A DNA stretch of 64,000 bases from Polyangiaceae bacterium (GCA_044376115.1 JBILLK010000024.1:1-64000); one strand, 5' to 3'. Shown: positions 1 to 9,773, numbered from the stretch's first letter. Translations and numbers: made by a program. The notes: generated by a model not told the origin, from the letters alone.

Positions 1-568
1 CGGACGCGGGGATCAAGGTTTCGGTCGAGTCGGTGGAGCTTGACCCGGACCAACCCTCGCAGGTCTTCGTTGGGAACGAGGTGGCGCTGGCAAGCTATGG
101 AGCCCGCGAGCCGGTGCCCCATCTTCAGGTCTCGCCGTTCATCGCCCCATGGGGTCACCAGCTGCGAGTGTTACTGCAGCTCTTACAGCGCAACCCGGAG
201 TCCGGGGAGGCTCAGACGGTTACCATCTCGGTCTACCTGATTGGTCGACTTGGGGTTCAGACTCCGTTGGCGTAGCTATGATTCACTTCTTGGTCGACCA
301 GACGATAGAGGAATTGCGCGATTGGGATAAGCACCCTTGGACTGGAGTTCGTTCGGAACCAACCTGGTTCCGCTACTCGTGACCGCTACCGGGGACGTGA
401 GAAGCCATGGCGAACTCGGCACACCACCTGGGTCTTTGAGGAGTACCCAATAGGCCGCAGTCGAAGGCTCGACCCTCCTCGACGTCGTGGCATCGAGCAG
501 CCAGTCTGAACTCCCTGCTCGAGAGGCTCGGGCCGTATGACCTCCGCCTCGAGACCCCGACGACGCGG

Positions 569-730
569 CTAGCTCGCGCGTAGATCCACGAAGTCCCCGT
601 GGCGCTCGACAGCTATCAGACAGTCATCGACCCACTGCGGCAGCACGCCGTAGACCTTGCGAAGCAGACCAGACTCGGTGCGAGCACACCGGCCGTTCGG
701 GCCAGCGATGACGAGCAGAACCGGCTTCAA
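569..730 (-). pseudogene. Internally deleted zeta-toxin/AAA-like P-loop kinase remnant (53 aa)
   Basis: Hand translation from TTG at 730 gives MKPVLLVIAGPNG-RCARTESGLLRKVYGVLPQWVDDCLIAVERHGDFVDLRAS*. It starts like a zeta-toxin Walker A (hhhhAGPNGxGKS/T) but breaks before GK[ST]. The TTG overlaps the TGA of the upstream small gene. Confidence 0.7.
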
Positions 731-927
731 GGCTTCGCTCGAGGAACTTCAGCATCATCGAGACGCTGGAGGGCGCGTGTGCGAGCAACGTCGATCTCAG
801 CTCGCAATCTCCGGAGCCTCTCGACCTGCGACAGACGCACTCCCGCGAACGCGCGCGTCGAAAGCTCAACGAGTTGCGCGTCCGAAGGCTCGCACTCGGG
901 ATCGGCCAGATTGATCGGCGCGCTCAT
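727..927 (-). CDS. Small hypothetical protein, probable partner (antitoxin-like) of the zeta-like gene
   Basis: 66-aa ORF MSAPINLADPECEPSDAQL... with a helical C-terminus. It is translationally coupled (TTGA overlap) to the zeta-like remnant. Confidence 0.6.
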   Translation of the reverse strand: MSAPINLADPECEPSDAQLVELSTRAFAGVRLSQVERLRRLRAEIDVARTRALQRLDDAEVPRAKP

Positions 928-1226
928 GAGGAGAGCGTACCACGCCCCTCCCCATCGGGCTCGCTGGCTGACTCGAAGCCGCTCGTGCCCCTGATGAAGC
1001 AGGCGGCGTAGGCGTGGTCGTGGCGACGCAAATCAGATGCACCTCGACTATCGCGCTATCGAACGCTGGCCAGGAACTCTGTACCTCGACGGGCGCTCAC
1101 CGTGTCGCCGAGAGCCTTGCCCAGCTCGGCTTCGACTACGACCTGAGCTTGATCTGGCCCGGTAGCCGCGCCGAGCACCAGCTACGACGGTCTCGTGCGC
1201 ACGCTGTTGCTACTCGCTCGAAGGGT

Positions 1227-1271
1227 GTCCCATAAGGCTCGGTCGTTCAGAACGACGAGGCGATATGGGAC
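1227..1271. repeat. 45-bp palindromic REP-like element, copy A
   Basis: GTCCCATA AGGCTCGG TCGTTCAGAACGA CGAGGCGA TATGGGAC, followed by GTTCG. Same architecture as the copies at 45612-46017. Confidence 0.9.
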
Positions 1272-1383
1272 GTTCGGGCGCGGCGGGGTGAGTGAGCCCT
1301 GCTCGTTCGCCGCGGAACGGAGGCGTTCGTAGCGGCTTTTCGCCGGAGCCCGACGGCGCAGCGGGTGGAGAGCCGCAGCGCCT

Positions 1384-1428
1384 GTCCCATAACGCTCGGT
1401 CGCCCAGAACGACGAGGGGATATGGGAC
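1384..1428. repeat. 45-bp palindromic REP-like element, copy B
   Basis: GTCCCATA ACGCTCGG TCGCCCAGAACGA CGAGGGGA TATGGGAC, followed by GTTCG. Confidence 0.9.
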
Positions 1429-1583
1429 GTTCGGGCGCGTGAGGTATGCTCGGGCGAATGGTCGGTGCACCGCCGCGAGCGCCCTCCTGCTCGGCAAGTT
1501 ACTGGGCGATACGGAACTCCAAAGACAGTTCGCGCGAGTCAACTATCCCCAGTTCTATCGGAATCGAGTAGGGTCGAGAGCCT

Positions 1584-3113
1584 GTGCATACGCCGGATGG
1601 TCTAACTTCACTGCTCGACGATGGCATCATCGAGCGAATCGTTCGCCCGCTGATGAGCGGCAAAGAAGCACAGGTCTACTTGGTAGAGTCGCGCGGTACG
1701 CTTTGCGTCGCGAAGGTCTACAAAGAGGCGCACAACCGCAGCTTCAAGAACCGCGCTGAATACACCGAGGGGCGCCGCACGCGGAACTCCCGCGATCAGC
1801 GGGCGATCGACAAGCGCACCAAACACGGTCGCGAGCAGGATGAGTCGGCTTGGCGCTCCACCGAGGTGGACATCATTCGCCGGCTTCATGCGGCTGGCGT
1901 ACGCGTCCCCACGCCGCTCGCCTTCATGGACGGCGTGCTGGTGATGGAGTGCGTGACCGATGCGGAAGGCAACCCGGCGCCGCGCCTGTCTGAGCTCTCC
2001 TTTGATCCGGCCACCGCTCAGGCGATGTTCGACGGCGTGATTCGTGAGGTCGTGCGCATGTTGTCGATCGGCGTGGTGCACGGGGATCTCTCCGAGTTCA
2101 ACGTGCTCATTGGTCGAGACGGACCGGTGATCATTGATTTCCCGCAGTCGGTGGACACGGCGAGCAACACCAACTCACGCCGCCTTTTGCTGCGTGACGT
2201 GGACAACTTTCATCGCTTCCTCTCGCGCTTCGTCCCCAACGCCCGGCGGCTGCCGCTGGCCGAGGAGATGTGGGACCTGCACGAGAACAACGCGCTCACC
2301 GCGGATACGCGGCTCACCGGCCGGTTCCGTTCGCAACAACGGCGCAGCAGCGGTGAATCGGTGCTGGATCTGATTCAGGACGCAGACCGAGATGAGCGGC
2401 GCAGGCGTGATGCCCTCGGTCTACGCGGCGGGCCGCAGGTGCAGGCGCAAGGCTCCTACCAACGTGGCGGTGGCCAGGGTGGCGGTGGATACGGGCAGGG
2501 CGGCGGGCAGAGCCAAGATCGCAGGCCGCCGCACAGCGGTGATCGTCCTCAATACGGCGCTGACCGCCCGCAGAGCCAGAACAGCAGGCCGCCTTACAAC
2601 GGTGACCGCCCTCAACACAGCGGTCCGCAGAACCAAGACCGCAGGCCGCCTTACAACGGTGACCGCCCGCAGAACCAAGACCGCAGGCCGCCTTACAACG
2701 GTGACCGCCCGCAACACAGCGGTCCGCAGAACCAAGACCGCAGGCCGCCTCACAACGGTGACCGCCCTCAATACAACGCGGACCGTCCGCAGAACCAAGA
2801 CCGTAGGCCGCCTCACAACGGTGACCGCCCTCAATACAACGCTGACCGTCCGCAGAACCAAGACCGCAGGCCTCCCTACGGCGGGGACCGCGGACCGCAA
2901 GCCAACCACGGCCAGCGCCCGCCCCACCCCAACGGCGACGGACGTCGTCCGCAAAGCAGCGGCCGCGGCAGGCAGGGTCCGCGCCCTGGCGGCAACCCTC
3001 AGCAGGGAGATCAGGCCTCGCGCGGTGGAGACGGCAGGCGGCCCGAGCCGAAGCAGCCTCGCATGCCGGAAGTGATCGTCGTGCGCACGCGCCGTAGCAC
3101 CGAGCCGAGCTAG
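1584..3113 (+). CDS. RIO1-family (PA4780-like) atypical Ser/Thr kinase with a long low-complexity C-terminal tail
   Basis: LMSGKEAQVY, VAKVYK, VHGDLSEFNVL and IIDFPQ RIO motifs. Confidence 0.92.
   Translation: MHTPDGLTSLLDDGIIERIVRPLMSGKEAQVYLVESRGTLCVAKVYKEAHNRSFKNRAEYTEGRRTRNSRDQRAIDKRTKHGREQDESAWRSTEVDIIRRLHAAGVRVPTPLAFMDGVLVMECVTDAEGNPAPRLSELSFDPATAQAMFDGVIREVVRMLSIGVVHGDLSEFNVLIGRDGPVIIDFPQSVDTASNTNSRRLLLRDVDNFHRFLSRFVPNARRLPLAEEMWDLHENNALTADTRLTGRFRSQQRRSSGESVLDLIQDADRDERRRRDALGLRGGPQVQAQGSYQRGGGQGGGGYGQGGGQSQDRRPPHSGDRPQYGADRPQSQNSRPPYNGDRPQHSGPQNQDRRPPYNGDRPQNQDRRPPYNGDRPQHSGPQNQDRRPPHNGDRPQYNADRPQNQDRRPPHNGDRPQYNADRPQNQDRRPPYGGDRGPQANHGQRPPHPNGDGRRPQSSGRGRQGPRPGGNPQQGDQASRGGDGRRPEPKQPRMPEVIVVRTRRSTEPS
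2508..2897 (+). repeat. Intragenic tandem repeat: 7 imperfect units of QNQDRRPP(Y/H)NGDRP(Q...)
   Basis: Repeated cgcagaaccaagaccgcaggccgcc..acaacggtgaccgccc units are visible in both DNA and protein. Confidence 0.9.
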
Positions 3114-3117
3114 CGAG

Positions 3118-3690
3118 CTAGCCGGACTTGCGAGCGGCAGCGTCCCATTCGATGCGAAAGGTCACGCCGTCGGAGGTGCGCTCGAAGGTGCCGCGCGTCC
3201 TTGGCCGGTCGAACGAAGCGAACACAGCTTCGATCCCGGCGAGCAGGCCGACGATGTCGAACTCCGGGATGCCGGGCCAGCCGACGATCTGCGCGATCGC
3301 TTGGCCGGAGCGCGGCACGGTGATCGTCATCACCCCGCGGTCGAAGGTCTTCGAGTAAAGCAGTGGGGACCGCTTGATCAGTTGGTCATCGGAAACGAGC
3401 CGCGCCAAGAGCTTCCACACCCCGTTGATGGTCTTACGCACGCCTTCCTGCACGACCCAACGCTGCAGCTCGAGCGGCTCCATCTTCGCCTCCTGAGCAA
3501 CGGCTGTCTTCAAACGGCAGGCAAGCGCCGCAGTCGTCCAACCGATCGAGGTCAGACTGCGAACTTCATGCTGGTCTTCGAAGTTGAGGCTCTCGATAGC
3601 GCGATCGACCAACGGCGCACCAAAGCGGGCGCGCATGACCGCGATCTGGTCCGTGAGGATCGCGCCGGAGAGCCTTGGTTCAGTCGCCAT
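3118..3690 (-). CDS. Myxobacterial hypothetical protein (DUF2378/TIGR02265-like)
   Basis: 190-aa ORF with host-like codon use. The length and pattern (LYSKTFDRG...GLLAGIEAVF...FRIEW) resemble this family. Confidence 0.55.
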   Translation of the reverse strand: MATEPRLSGAILTDQIAVMRARFGAPLVDRAIESLNFEDQHEVRSLTSIGWTTAALACRLKTAVAQEAKMEPLELQRWVVQEGVRKTINGVWKLLARLVSDDQLIKRSPLLYSKTFDRGVMTITVPRSGQAIAQIVGWPGIPEFDIVGLLAGIEAVFASFDRPRTRGTFERTSDGVTFRIEWDAAARKSG

Positions 3691-3708
3691 GAGGGTTAAT
3701 CGTTCAGT

Positions 3709-5532
3709 CTAAAGCGAATTCGACGAGGGCGGTGAGGCCAACTTGCCCGACTCAAACAGCGCCTCGAGCTCGTTGGTTGGAGCGATCAGCGTATCGATCG
3801 CCCCAGCCCAAAAGGCCGATGCCTCGATATCTTCGCCCAAACTTTGCATCGCCACCTCGTGCGCGAGGGCACTTCCGGAAAGTCGAAGAAAGTGTTCGTA
3901 GCGGGGAAGAAACTCCGAACCTTGCTGCTTGAACAGGGCGTACATGCCTCGCGAAAGGAGAAAACCGAAGGTGTAAGGGAAATTGTAGAAGGACAAATCA
4001 GGGATAGAGAAATGGAGTTTTGAGGCCCAAAACAACGGATCTTCAGCGCCGCGGCTCAAGGCAGAACCAAACTGCTTCTGCTGCGCCTCCACCATCAACT
4101 CAGAGAGCCGGCTGGGAGTGACCTCGCCCCGCAACCTCTCTTCGTAGAAAGCCTTCTCGAAGTAAAAACGTGTCGGAACATCCAACAAGAATGCGGCTCC
4201 TTCGGAGACCGCTTCACCGAGCAGGAGGGCTCTATCGCTGACACTCAATGATGAATCAGAAAGCAGACCTTCGCTGAGCACCGCCTGCGCAAAGGTGGAG
4301 GCGGTCTCGGCAAGGGTCATCGGATACTGACGCTCGAGCACGCGCGACCCTGCCAGAACTTCGGCGTGGAAAGCGTGCCCCACCTCATGCGCGAGGGTGG
4401 AGACATCGCCAAGCGAGCCTTGGAAGGTCATGAACACCCGCGTCTCATCGGTAACGTCTGAGCCGGTACAAAACGCGCCAGGACGTTTGGTCTTGGTCGG
4501 CTCGGCTTCGATCCAACGCTTGCTGAGCATGGCGTCGAAGTGCTGTTGCAAGCGCGGGTAAGCGCGTCCGAACGCCGTCCGCACCAATTCAACACCGCGA
4601 TCGAAGTCGACCCGTGTTTGCCCCTGAATCGGAAAGGGCGCCTCCAGGTCGAACCACGAGATCGCCTCGAGGCCCATCATGCGCGCCTTCAGCCGCAGAC
4701 CGCGACGCGGGATCTCGATGCGATCGCTGACCGCCTCGAACATCGCGTCGATGGTCTTGCGACTGACACCGGCCCCGTGCATCGCCTGATCCAAAAAGTG
4801 AAGCCCGCCGCGTCGCTGATTCAAGCAGTGGCGCGTGCCGACGATGTGATTCAGCGCCGGCGCAAGGATGTGCGTGACCGAGCTCCAGGCCTCGTTGCCG
4901 CGCACGAACGCCGCCTCACGAACTCGTCGATCGGCGTCGGCCATCAGCGAGCGCCGCTGTGCGACCGGCATGACCTCGGTGCGGCCGTCGGGGTACTTCA
5001 TCTCGAAAGTTAGCCGCCCGGACACCGCGTCATAAAGCCGCCCCCAACCGAAGATGCCGAAGTTGCTGAGCTCGGCGGCGACGCCTTCCTCGCCGGCGGC
5101 CATACTCTCGCGGCCTTCTTTGCGCAGGCGGCCGAGGGCGTAGCCAGCCTTTGCCAAGGCAGGCCGCGCACAGAACTGACCGAACTCTTCGTCGCTGGGA
5201 GCCGCGAAGCCACGACGCAGCTCGACGAGCACGCGCTCGGCTCGGCTGCGCAAGTCGGCCACGCGACCCTCCGCCAAGCTGTAGCTCTCGTTGCTACCGT
5301 CCGCAGCCGCGAGGCAGCCGATGTACGAACCAAGGTGGCTCAGCCGCTTGGCCAGCTCCTCGTAGTCGAGCACCAACGCTTCCCAAGGCTCAGCGTCGAA
5401 CGTGCGCAAAGCCCCGGCGCGAGCAACCAAAGCCGAGCAATCACGCTCGAGCGCGGCCTCGAACTCCTGCCGTTCGGCAGAGGCGAAGTCGGTGAAGTAG
5501 CTCGAGAGATCCCAGGTCCAATTTGCATTCAC
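3709..5532 (-). CDS. M3B oligoendopeptidase (PepF-like)
   Basis: N-terminal WDLS, KRPGAFC, zinc motif TLAHEVGHAFH, LAETAS and FYNFPYTFG. Confidence 0.93.
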   Translation of the reverse strand: MNANWTWDLSSYFTDFASAERQEFEAALERDCSALVARAGALRTFDAEPWEALVLDYEELAKRLSHLGSYIGCLAAADGSNESYSLAEGRVADLRSRAERVLVELRRGFAAPSDEEFGQFCARPALAKAGYALGRLRKEGRESMAAGEEGVAAELSNFGIFGWGRLYDAVSGRLTFEMKYPDGRTEVMPVAQRRSLMADADRRVREAAFVRGNEAWSSVTHILAPALNHIVGTRHCLNQRRGGLHFLDQAMHGAGVSRKTIDAMFEAVSDRIEIPRRGLRLKARMMGLEAISWFDLEAPFPIQGQTRVDFDRGVELVRTAFGRAYPRLQQHFDAMLSKRWIEAEPTKTKRPGAFCTGSDVTDETRVFMTFQGSLGDVSTLAHEVGHAFHAEVLAGSRVLERQYPMTLAETASTFAQAVLSEGLLSDSSLSVSDRALLLGEAVSEGAAFLLDVPTRFYFEKAFYEERLRGEVTPSRLSELMVEAQQKQFGSALSRGAEDPLFWASKLHFSIPDLSFYNFPYTFGFLLSRGMYALFKQQGSEFLPRYEHFLRLSGSALAHEVAMQSLGEDIEASAFWAGAIDTLIAPTNELEALFESGKLASPPSSNSL

Positions 5533-5538
5533 GTTGGG

Positions 5539-6705
5539 TCAGCTCCTCATGGCAGCCAACGGCGAGACGCCGGAGGCTCGAATGGCGGGCAGGAAGCCGC
5601 CGAGGATACCCATGATCCCAGCCGCTCCCACCGCGATACCGATCAGCTGCGGCGCAGGGTCGAGGGAGAAGGTCATCTCCGACCAGCTGGCCAGGTTGAT
5701 CATCGAAAAATGCACACCGCCTAGGGCAAGCGAGGCCAGCGCTCCGACGATGCCGCCGCCGACGGCCAGCAGGATGCTCTCCACCAAAAAGCAAACCAAG
5801 ATCGAGAAGCGACTGAAGCCGAGCGCGCGCAAGGTGCCGATCTCCCGCTGACGGTTGGCGACCGAGGCGTACATGGTGATGGTCGCGCCGATCATCGCGC
5901 CGACCGAGAAACAAACGGCGATCAAGGTGCCCAAGATACCGATGAACAGGCTGGTGCCCTGCGACTGGTTCTCGAAGTACGTCACCTCGCGCATCGCCTG
6001 CAAACCGAGCCGCTTGTCCTGCTCCACCGCCAGCTGAAAGCCTTCGAAACTGGAGGGCTGCTCGAGCACGACGCGCACGCTGGAGACCGCGCCTTCACGG
6101 CCGAACATCGAGCGCAGCGTATCGACGTCGAGCCAAACCTCCGACTCGTGCGAGGAGCCTTTGTCCTCGAACACGCCGACGACAGTGACCGAGCGGTTGC
6201 GCTTCAACTCGAAGGAGTCCCCGAGCTTTACCCCGCGGAAGCGGCCGTTGATGCCCTTACCGATCACGACCTCGTCGGAGCCCGGGGTGGCCGCCCTCCC
6301 CTCGATGATGTTGATGTTGGGCCGCAGCTTCTTCGATAGATCGCCGACGCCGCGCACCTGGACGTTGGCGACGCCCTCCGCTCCGAGCTTCTCGAGCGCG
6401 ATCACGATCACCACTTCGCCCACGCCGATGGGGACGTTGTCCTCCTTCTTGATGCCGGGCATCGCGCGGATCAGCCCCACCTGCGGATCTTCGATGCCGC
6501 TGCCGAGCTCGGCGTCGCTGCCTTTGCGCAGCACGATGGCGACGTCGGCGCGGCCGGAGGAACCGAGCGTCTTCTTGACCCCGGCCGACATCATCAGCGC
6601 CGAGGCCAGCACGAACACGGTCATTGCGATGCCGAAGGCCGCAGCGATCGTCGTCGCTTTGCGGACCAACAGACTTCGATAGGTGTAGCGCAGCGGGATC
6701 ATCAT
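5539..6705 (-). CDS. ABC transporter permease (MacB/FtsX-type)
   Basis: N-terminal TM helix, periplasmic domain, RQREIGTLRALGF and C-terminal PAIRA. Confidence 0.92.
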   Translation of the reverse strand: MMIPLRYTYRSLLVRKATTIAAAFGIAMTVFVLASALMMSAGVKKTLGSSGRADVAIVLRKGSDAELGSGIEDPQVGLIRAMPGIKKEDNVPIGVGEVVIVIALEKLGAEGVANVQVRGVGDLSKKLRPNINIIEGRAATPGSDEVVIGKGINGRFRGVKLGDSFELKRNRSVTVVGVFEDKGSSHESEVWLDVDTLRSMFGREGAVSSVRVVLEQPSSFEGFQLAVEQDKRLGLQAMREVTYFENQSQGTSLFIGILGTLIAVCFSVGAMIGATITMYASVANRQREIGTLRALGFSRFSILVCFLVESILLAVGGGIVGALASLALGGVHFSMINLASWSEMTFSLDPAPQLIGIAVGAAGIMGILGGFLPAIRASGVSPLAAMRS

Positions 6706-6706
6706 T

Positions 6707-7885
6707 TCACACCACCCTTCGCAGAGCGTCGGTCACGCGGATCTTGGCGGCGAGCCAAGCGGGAATGATGGAGGCGATCAGCCCGAGCAACATCGAGGCG
6801 AGCAGGGCGACCACGACCATGCTGATCGGGATGCGAAAGAACGGAAACATGCCGCCCATGTTCTCCTCGAGAAAGCCACCGAGCCCCTTCTCGACGATCG
6901 GGTAGGACAACATGAGGCCGACCAAACCGCCGAGGAAGCTGAGCACCACCGCCTCGATCACCACGAACCCGGCGATGTGCTTCGGCAGAAAGCCGATCGC
7001 CCGCATCGCGCCGTATTCACCGGTTCGCTCGCGCACGCCCATGGCGATGGTGTTGCCGATCACCATCGCCATGATCAGCAGGATGGCCACCGATACGAGA
7101 TCGATCGCGCTCAGCACCATCGAGAAGCCAGCAAGGAACGAGGTATTGAACGACGCTTCGTCTTGGCTGAGGGTTTGCGTGTCTTCGACGTCGAAGATCT
7201 TATCGAGCGCGATGCCCACGTCAGCGGTGCGCGTTGGATCCTTCACCCGCGAGACCACCCAGCCGATCTCGTCTTTGCGCACCTGCGGCAGCGTGTCGTT
7301 CATGTACTCCCAGTGAAAAAGGAAGGTTGAGCGATCGGCGGTGCGTGAGGTGGTGGTGTAGATCGCCCGGATGGTGAAGGTCCACGCGCTGTCCGGCGGG
7401 GATGGGTAGATACCGCTCTCCAGCGTGACCGTGTCCCCCAGCTTCCAACCGAGCTTCTTGCACAGCACGTCGCCGACCACGGCGCCGGTTCGATCCGCGT
7501 CGAACTCGGCGAGCGAGCCCTCGGTGATCGTAAGCTCGTCGTACACCTTGAAGTAGGTCTTGCCGTCGACCGCCAGGCTGGCGAAAAACTCGCGCTCGTT
7601 GCCGGGAGAACGACCACCAAACCAGTTGGCCCAAGTGGCCTCGCGCACGTCGGGTTGTTCTCGGATCTTGTCGATGTAGCGCTTGGGCAGCTGCATCACG
7701 AAGGTCACCTTGTGACGGGAGACCACGCGGTCTTTGGCGGCAAAGTCTGCGGCGCCGGTCCAAGCGGAGATCACCGTGCGCAGCATCAAGAAGGTGATGA
7801 TGGCGACCGCGACGCCCAGGATGGTGAGCGAGGTCCTCACCTTGTTGCGCAGCAGATTGCGCGCGGCCAAGCTCGCGAAGGTCAC
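6707..7885 (-). CDS. ABC transporter permease (MacB/FtsX-type)
   Basis: RNLLRNKVRTSLT, VRERTGEYGAMRAIGF and IPAWLAAK. Confidence 0.92.
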   Translation of the reverse strand: MTFASLAARNLLRNKVRTSLTILGVAVAIITFLMLRTVISAWTGAADFAAKDRVVSRHKVTFVMQLPKRYIDKIREQPDVREATWANWFGGRSPGNEREFFASLAVDGKTYFKVYDELTITEGSLAEFDADRTGAVVGDVLCKKLGWKLGDTVTLESGIYPSPPDSAWTFTIRAIYTTTSRTADRSTFLFHWEYMNDTLPQVRKDEIGWVVSRVKDPTRTADVGIALDKIFDVEDTQTLSQDEASFNTSFLAGFSMVLSAIDLVSVAILLIMAMVIGNTIAMGVRERTGEYGAMRAIGFLPKHIAGFVVIEAVVLSFLGGLVGLMLSYPIVEKGLGGFLEENMGGMFPFFRIPISMVVVALLASMLLGLIASIIPAWLAAKIRVTDALRRVV

Positions 7886-8556
7886 TTGAGCTTCCCCTTG
7901 TCGAGGTGACGAATGATCTTGGCGCGCTCGGCGGCCTGCGGATCGTGCGTGACCATCACGATGGTCTTGCCCATCTCCTGATTGAGCGTCTCCAGCAGCT
8001 GGAGGATCTCGTCGGCGCTGTTGCGATCGAGATCGCCGGTGGGCTCGTCGGCTACGATCAACAGCGGGTCGCTGACGATCGCCCGAGCGATCGAAACGCG
8101 CTGCTCCTGACCACCGGAAAGCTGCCGCGGGTAGTGGCCCATGCGCTCGGAGAGGCCGACGACTTTGAGCGCCGTCTCGGCGCGACGGCGGCGTTCACTG
8201 CTGGGGACCGGCGAGAGCAGCAGCGGTAGCTCGACGTTCTCGACCGCGGTCAGCACCGGCAACAGGTTGTACGACTGGAAGACGAAGCCGACCGAGTTGG
8301 CGCGCCAGTTGGCCAGCTGCCCTTCGCTCATTTGGTCGATGCGTTTGCCGTCGACCACGAGCGAGCCGCTGGTGGGACGATCGAGACCGGCCATCAGGTT
8401 GAGCAGCGTCGATTTGCCGCTGCCCGAAGGGCCCATCAGCGCTTCGAAGGAGCCGCGGGCCACGTCCAAATCGAGGCTTTGGAGCACGCGCAGACGCTCG
8501 CCGCCGCGTTCAAACTCCTTCACCACCGAGCGAAGTTCAATCAGCGGACGTTCCAT
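7882..8556 (-). CDS. ABC transporter ATP-binding protein (LolD/MacB-like)
   Basis: [26 protein letters not shown] and VTHD. Confidence 0.96.
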   Translation of the reverse strand: MERPLIELRSVVKEFERGGERLRVLQSLDLDVARGSFEALMGPSGSGKSTLLNLMAGLDRPTSGSLVVDGKRIDQMSEGQLANWRANSVGFVFQSYNLLPVLTAVENVELPLLLSPVPSSERRRRAETALKVVGLSERMGHYPRQLSGGQEQRVSIARAIVSDPLLIVADEPTGDLDRNSADEILQLLETLNQEMGKTIVMVTHDPQAAERAKIIRHLDKGKLK

Positions 8557-9773
8557 TAGGAGCTCTTCTCTTTCACAGGTTGACCGTCGACGAGGGTGGC
8601 CGGCGGATCTTTCACTAGCCGGGTTCCCGGGGTTGGCCCCTCTTTGAGGATGAAGCCTGTGCCCATCGCTTCACCGACGGAGACAGGCACCAACTTGACC
8701 TTGCCACCCTCCAACACGAACACTACCTTGTTGCCGCCGCGCTCGGTGACGGCAGCGGCTGGCACCACCGTCTTGGGCGTCTCTTTGAGTTGTGCCTCAT
8801 CGAGCGCCTTCTGCAAGAAGCTCACGCGTACGCTCATCTCCGGCCGAAGGCCGGGCGGAGCGGTGGGAAACTTCACCTTCACGGTGGCGGTGGCTTTGGA
8901 GCGATTGAGCCGCGGACCGATCTCGAGCACCTCGCCTTTGAAACGCTCGGATGGGATCGCGTCGAGGGCGATCTCACACGGGCCGCCGGGTTTGACCAAG
9001 GCAAGCCGCGCCTCCGAGACGTCTGCCTCGACCACCAGCGAGTCGAAATCGGCGAGCTCGAGCAACGGCACCCCGGGATTGGCGACGTCTCCGATCGCGG
9101 CGGGCTTGCTGAGAATGGTGCCGTTGATCGGCGCTACGATGGTGAGATTGCGCAGCCCGACCTCGGCTGAGCTGGCCTCTGCCGCGGAGGCACCAACATC
9201 CGCTTCGGCCGCTTTGATTTGCGAATCGAGCGAGGCAGCTTTTGCAAGCAGGTCCTCGAGCGGGGCTTTGGCCGCAGCCCCGGCCTCGACCAGCTTGCGC
9301 TGACGTTCGATCTCGAGGTTGAGCTCATTGCGTTGCGCTTTGGTCGCCATTACGCGCGCGCTCGCAGCGACCACCCGCGCCCGCGACGCAGCCACCAGCG
9401 CCTTTTGGTCGAGGCTGTCCAGCTCGAACAAGACCTCCCCAGCTTTCACCCGCTGGCCTTCACGCCACTCCGACTTGGTCACGCGCGCGATCACGTTGGA
9501 CGACACTTTGGCCGTCACCTGCGGGATCACGTAGCCGGTGGCGGTGAGATCCACCGCAGCCTGGGAAGGCGATATCGAGCCGACCTCGGTGGCTGAGATC
9601 TCCAATTGGAAGAACTGCGCCTCGGCCCAGGGCTTACCGACCTTGAGGCCGACCGCGCTCACGCCTCCGACAGCGGCCAGCACGAATAGCGCGGTCCAGA
9701 AACGACTGCGCGGCTTGGGCCCAGAGCGATCGATGCGGAGCGAAGCAAGCTCCGATTTGAGTTGGTCATTCAT
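8556..9773 (-). CDS. Efflux periplasmic adaptor (membrane fusion protein, MacA-like)
   Basis: N-terminal TM helix, ATGYV, lipoyl halves (EGQRVKAGEVL / IVAPING), a coiled coil and LRPEMS. Confidence 0.92.
   Translation of the reverse strand: MNDQLKSELASLRIDRSGPKPRSRFWTALFVLAAVGGVSAVGLKVGKPWAEAQFFQLEISATEVGSISPSQAAVDLTATGYVIPQVTAKVSSNVIARVTKSEWREGQRVKAGEVLFELDSLDQKALVAASRARVVAASARVMATKAQRNELNLEIERQRKLVEAGAAAKAPLEDLLAKAASLDSQIKAAEADVGASAAEASSAEVGLRNLTIVAPINGTILSKPAAIGDVANPGVPLLELADFDSLVVEADVSEARLALVKPGGPCEIALDAIPSERFKGEVLEIGPRLNRSKATATVKVKFPTAPPGLRPEMSVRVSFLQKALDEAQLKETPKTVVPAAAVTERGGNKVVFVLEGGKVKLVPVSVGEAMGTGFILKEGPTPGTRLVKDPPATLVDGQPVKEKSS

Noticed and set aside
1..560. Short ORFs at the window start (33-275, 149-382)
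   Set aside because: No recognisable motifs and mixed codon use. They may be the degraded end of a gene outside the window, but no call is supportable.
1227..1428. Integron attC sites (CCCATAAC ... GTTCGGG resemblance)
   Set aside because: The arm that pairs with CCCATAAC is GATATGGG rather than GTTRRRY, the units are shorter than typical attC sites, no cassette ORFs lie between them, and no integron integrase is seen.
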